Assembly: GCF_964204865.1 (NCBI RefSeq)
Contig: NC_135250.1
Span: 4,278,001-4,342,000, forward strand
From: Styela clava
Taxonomy: Eukaryota
Direction of reading: 5' to 3'
DNA length: 64,000 bases
The position numbers were made by a program, and so were the translations under genes. The notes beneath the pieces were generated by a model. That model ran no database searches and was not told the origin of the DNA. It was given only the letters and a program-made list of their open reading frames with translations. Below, one piece after another: positions 59,589 through 64,000 of this stretch; positions within the stretch are counted from its first letter, which is position 1; each line of letters starts with the position of its first letter.

Positions 59589-62500
59589 CTAACGCTTTGT
59601 TTTGAAAAAAAAGTGAAATTTTGAAAAGTTGAAATTTGAAAATTTGCGATAAAATCTATAATCGGAACCATATGTAATACTTACAATCGACTCAGTTTTG
59701 TTATTTTCTGTATAAATTATAATACATTTAGCAACGAGAAGGCTGATAACGGATCCAACTATTTTGCTTGATTTGATGGTTCCAGCGCCTGATGTGGTGG
59801 GTTCAGAGGTCAAAGTGGTGGGTTCATTGGTGCCAAATTCTACGAATCCAGCGTTTGATGTGATTAGTTCAGCGATCGAAGTGATTAGTTCAGTAATCGA
59901 AGTGGTTGGTTCATTGGTCGAAGTGGTTGGTTCATTGGTCGAAGTGGTGGGTTCATTGGTCGAAGTGGTGGGTCCATTGGTCGAAGTGGTGGGTTCATTG
60001 GTCGAAGTGGTTGGTTCATTGGTCGAAGTGGTTGGTTCATTGGTCGAAGTTGTTATTGCAACGGTTGGAGAGTTGGTATCGAGTCCGTTACATCCATCTT
60101 AATAAATTTAAAAAAAAAACTATTCACTCCTGAATTTACATTTAATCTTTTTACTTATTTGAATAGGAAGATCGCAGATTCAACCCTATGCATTATGCAG
60201 GGAAAGGTAGGGCTGTAGCCATTCCTAGTATCGAATCGAATCGAAGAAAGTATCGAATTACGAGATTTCCAAATATACTTACTCACTTTTTATTTTAAAT
60301 ATCTGCTAGATATAGATTATCATTCATTTGGAACGCGTATGTGTCTTGCTATCGAATAGTTAAAAAAAAATTGCGCTATCGACTAAAAAGGGGGGTCCTA
60401 TATTGAATTCATTTTAAAAATCCAGGCTAGATCTTATTTTCGGGGAAATACGGTATGTACAATTGATATCCACTTGGTTTTTATGTCTGCATTTCAATTT
60501 TCCTATTATTAAGTCTCAATGAAATATTTCAGACATTCAAAATCGGAAAAATGACATTTTGATACATTATTCTGCCAAACCTTCAATTTCATTTTAAAAG
60601 ACTTAATCTTGCTACTAGCTTCAAAAATATCACATCCTTTCCTCTCGATAATTTTACCTGATTTGTGTTTTTAAACATGATTTGTGATTTTGAATATGGC
60701 TCTTAGATGAGACAATTTTACAAGTCGAAAGATATCTTGAAAACTAGCAACCATCGAAAGTTTTTCCTGGGTTAGAAGCATATCGTGTGTACCTTACAAC
60801 ATTCGGCACGGTACACCCCTGGTACACCCTATCGTCGTGGTACACCCTTCAAACTTTTAGGTACTTCCTGGGGTGTACTATACACCCGGTTGATGAGCAC
60901 TGTTTTAGACTCCCCCAACTTTCTCTCTTGTAAATTCCTGCCTACGACCCAGTAAGTAAGTATCATAATAGTAATAAATAACTAAACAAAATTAGTAATA
61001 CAACAGACAAATAAAAGGCAAGATTCTTCTCTAAAAACGACAAAATTCGTCTATGGGAAGAAGGTCGCCCTAATAGGTATGTTTTTCATCGCACCCCCTA
61101 AACTCGGGTTCAAATCAAAGATCCACCAATGGTTATAATAAACTGGGTAGACTAGGGGGGGGGGGGGGGACCCCTGGCACGTGTGCCCATTTATTCGGCA
61201 CGCGAGCGAGGCCTCAGAAATGAGATCATTCTCTTTCAGATAAAAAGTTTCGAGGCTCTGATTTATCTGATGAAACTCGGTGTTTGTTCATTCTTATCGT
61301 TTGTTAACAATCTGTTATTCATTTAAAATTTTAAACTCTTTTTGTCTTTTCAAGACATATGGCTACAGAGAAATAGATATGACGTAACAGCTGAGTTAGC
61401 TCTTGACGAATTGTGACGACACACAGCATTCATTGGAGGTTCATTGCTACGTAATATATAGTTCGTCTGTGCCACCATTTTTCTTCATTTCTGATTGATT
61501 TATGAAGTTGTACAGCTCATGTAGGTTAGAGTAACTTGTTAACTTACTGAAATAAATTGATTTCGAAAGAAATATAACCAGTAGTTCGTATATTTCTTTG
61601 AAAGTTACAAAATATAATCCCAATGTAAATCTCTATCAACTGTAATGCAGCAGCAGAAGTCTCACTTATATAGAATAAGAAAAGTAATCAAATCTATTTG
61701 TCGGGCTGATATTTTCCCGAATAGTGAATCTGTCTGTAGCTTACATGTTTAGAAGGTTTATTATTGTGTATTTTTGCTTTAAAAGTAACAAAGCACTGTT
61801 TTTAATTTTGGTCGGCACGCGGAAGAATTCTGTCGTTAAATTTAGCCGATTTGGGCACGCGAGCCGAAAAAGGTTGCCCACCCCTGGGGTAGACAATGTC
61901 GAACCGAAGACGTTTCAGTCCTTCCAATTATATACTAGTTTCCTGCCTAGCAGTGGCTACCTCTACAGATCCTTGTGTGGGAAGAAATGCGTAAAAAAGA
62001 ATGCAAAAGTAATACTTACCCCCTTCGCAAACGCAAACTTCAAAGTTGAGAGATCCGTTAGTGACTGTATTGCAGCCAGTCGTTAAATTGTGGTCGCCAC
62101 ATGTTCGCACAACATACCCTGTAATTAAGGTTTCAAACTAAACAATCAAAGTATCCAAATGAAATTAAACGCAACAGACATTAAATCAACTTAGAGAGTC
62201 ATAGGAACAGAAGCTCTGAAGGTCTATGTAGACCAGGGGTCGGCAAACTTTTGTCGTTCGCGGCCCAAAATTAAAGGTTGCAAGTCATTGGCGGGCCGCA
62301 CATATTCGAAGGAATGGCCAATAAATCACATTTTTCAATCAGATTTCAGTTATATTTTAAGCAGTGCGCGAAGAATGATTCTTTTGAACTTTTTCTGCGC
62401 TATTAAACCATTTGCACTCAGCATCAACTTTTTTACGTTCTGTTGCCTTTTGTCTAATTATAATCAATTTATAGGCTCATTTAACGAGTGATTTTGAATT

Positions 62501-63177
62501 ATATACTTGTTAGGTTATTTAGTGTTTCAAAACAAATTCTGTTACGTATAGAATATAATTGTCAATACAGTTGTTTTGTTATTATAATCCAGTGAAGCGT
62601 GGCGGGCCGGATTATATTGTTCCGTAGTTTGCCGAGCCCTGATCTAGACAGAAGCCGGTGGAAAATCCAAATGCGGTATGTTATGTATGCCGTTTAGATT
62701 GACAATTAAACTGGGTTCTGAGTTTTATTATTGGACATATTGAATTAGACATATGTATCGTTTTCCTATCGTTGTTTTGTGAAAAAAGACATTCGTGCTT
62801 GTGTTTTGTTACCATAATTTTAATTTGATTTTAGGAAACTGTCGGTTAATCTGTTGAGACTTTCAAACGGAATGTGTATGATGTGTACTTACCACGTGTA
62901 GTATTCGTCTGACAAGTTGAGTTAGAGCATTGAATGAGTTGAGAAGCATTGAGCTTTTTGTTATCGCCGCAGTTCTGACACTGGTAGCACATAACCGCGT
63001 ACCCTGGATTACAAAAAATAAAATGAATAAAAAGCAGTGAACGATTTGTTTGCAGAACACTTGGTTTATTTTAACATGAAAACTTAATTACAGAATTATT
63101 CATGACCAAACAAGATAATTTTACGAACCTGTCGCGAAGAACATGTAGCACAAGCATGCAATCAAGAATAATTTCAT
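59589..63177 (-). CDS. Ly6/uPAR protein, copy A10, 255 aa, 99-aa mucin-like stalk and 41-aa read-through tail
   Basis: Exons 63177-63129, 63003-62893, 62118-62020, 60097-59589: MKLFLIACLCYMFFATGYAVMCYQCQNCGDNKKLNASQLIQCSNSTCQTNTTRGYVVRTCGDHNLTTGCNTVTNGSLNFEVCVCEGDGCNGLDTNSPTVAIT(TSTNEPT)x7...SGAGTIKSSKIVGSVISLLVAKCIIIYTENN...FKTKR*. Confidence 0.85.
59897..60050 (-). repeat. 21-bp coding VNTR, 7 copies (TSTNEPT)
   Basis: Seven copies of tcgaagtggtKggttcattgg on the + strand, in frame within A10 exon 4. Confidence 0.95.
61153..61886. mobile_element. hAT-type non-autonomous element in A10 intron 3
   Basis: Exact 8-bp TSD GGGTAGAC (61145-61152, 61887-61894). Ends taggggg.../...cacccctg with subterminal ggcacg motifs. 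Confidence 0.8.
62234..62641. mobile_element. hAT-type MITE, sister of 1913-2382
   Basis: TIR CAGGGGTCGGCAAAC...GTTTGCCGAGCCCTG with TSD atgtagac/atctagac. Confidence 0.85.
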
Positions 63178-64000
63178 TTTGAGTAATTTCAAAACAGAAC
63201 AGTAAGTAATATTACTAAAAATATAACAGAATAGAATAAATCATTAATTACTTTGTATTATAAATCAAATGGTAGATGCGTTGCAGAGTTGCTAGCGAAG
63301 AAGAATGCCATGCAGGCTTGTCGACTCAAATTTTACTGACACCGCCCAAAGCCTGAATCTAAATCATTCAATATTTTTGTCGTCGCTTCATACATTAGCG
63401 ATTGCTTTGAACTTTTCCATCCGTTCGCGTTTAAGTCAATGAGTTTAAGTGTCTTCTGTGATTTTCGAAAATGTTGAAATTATTCATATTATTTAGCTGG
63501 ATATGGCATTCTTTCTCACGATTTTAGATTCTTTCATTTTTCTATGCAAATAGGATTCAATGACAATATGTTATTATTGTTTTTTGAATAATTGCAAACA
63601 TCATTTTTAGTTGAAGTGTCTCGAAAACAGAGCCGTACTTCTAAATTTCCCTAAGTCAAAATATCTTACTTATAAAAACGAAGAAGTTGATTTTTTTAAA
63701 TGAACCTAAAATAAAATTCAAACGAGTTGTGAGTCCTCGATTCATTTTTTTGAGACTGATTGTTTATGAAATTTACTAAACTTGACTTCGGATTTGGAAT
63801 TTTAAAATTTTCTGAAACTCGGAACATACTCAAGACTTATTTTTAATGAAATCTCCTTATGATTATGACTCGATTTGACTTAGAGCTCACAATCAGTGAC
63901 TGGACTTGACCTGTGACTTCCTTTTCCTAAACTCGTAATTGACCCGAGACTGACTGTTCATGAAATTCATGGTACTCCCGAAGTATGTGAACCAAGATGA

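Noticed and set aside
59764-60133. Plus-strand repeat ORFs (VVGSLVE)n and (WSKWLVH)n
   Set aside because: They are antisense shadows of the A10 stalk VNTR; the minus frame has the splice acceptor, the CN motif and paralog support.

Overview
AT-rich, intron-containing animal genomic DNA. It is an invertebrate, possibly an ascidian, but the taxon cannot be established from the sequence alone. The ORF track is mostly noise because the real genes are spliced. Reading exons by hand gives four components. (1) A tandem and inverted cluster of ten Ly6/uPAR (three-finger, LU-domain) loci, each built as signal peptide / LU N-half / LU C-half / CN + Thr-Ser stalk + GPI signal, with all introns in phase 1. 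They fall into two alternating subfamilies (A: MKIFL.ACLC; B: MNSLLIACLC). Six read open, two are full-length but damaged, and two are relics. Stalk length runs from 0 to 99 aa, and one copy has lost its stop codon and gained a C-terminal tail. (2) An intact 9-exon, 551-aa type-B carboxylesterase on the minus strand, with no signal peptide. (3) A previously unflagged exon at 51906-52157 whose translation aligns almost gap-free with arthropod anti-lipopolysaccharide factor (ALF), with the hairpin disulfide shifted inward. (4) Dense non-autonomous transposons: Merlin-like and hAT MITEs with 8-bp TSDs, an IS3EU-like element with a 6-bp TSD, Helentron/HINE-like elements and a tRNA-derived SINE. 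The window looks like a rapidly evolving, probably immune-related surface-receptor locus undergoing birth-and-death evolution; that function is an inference.
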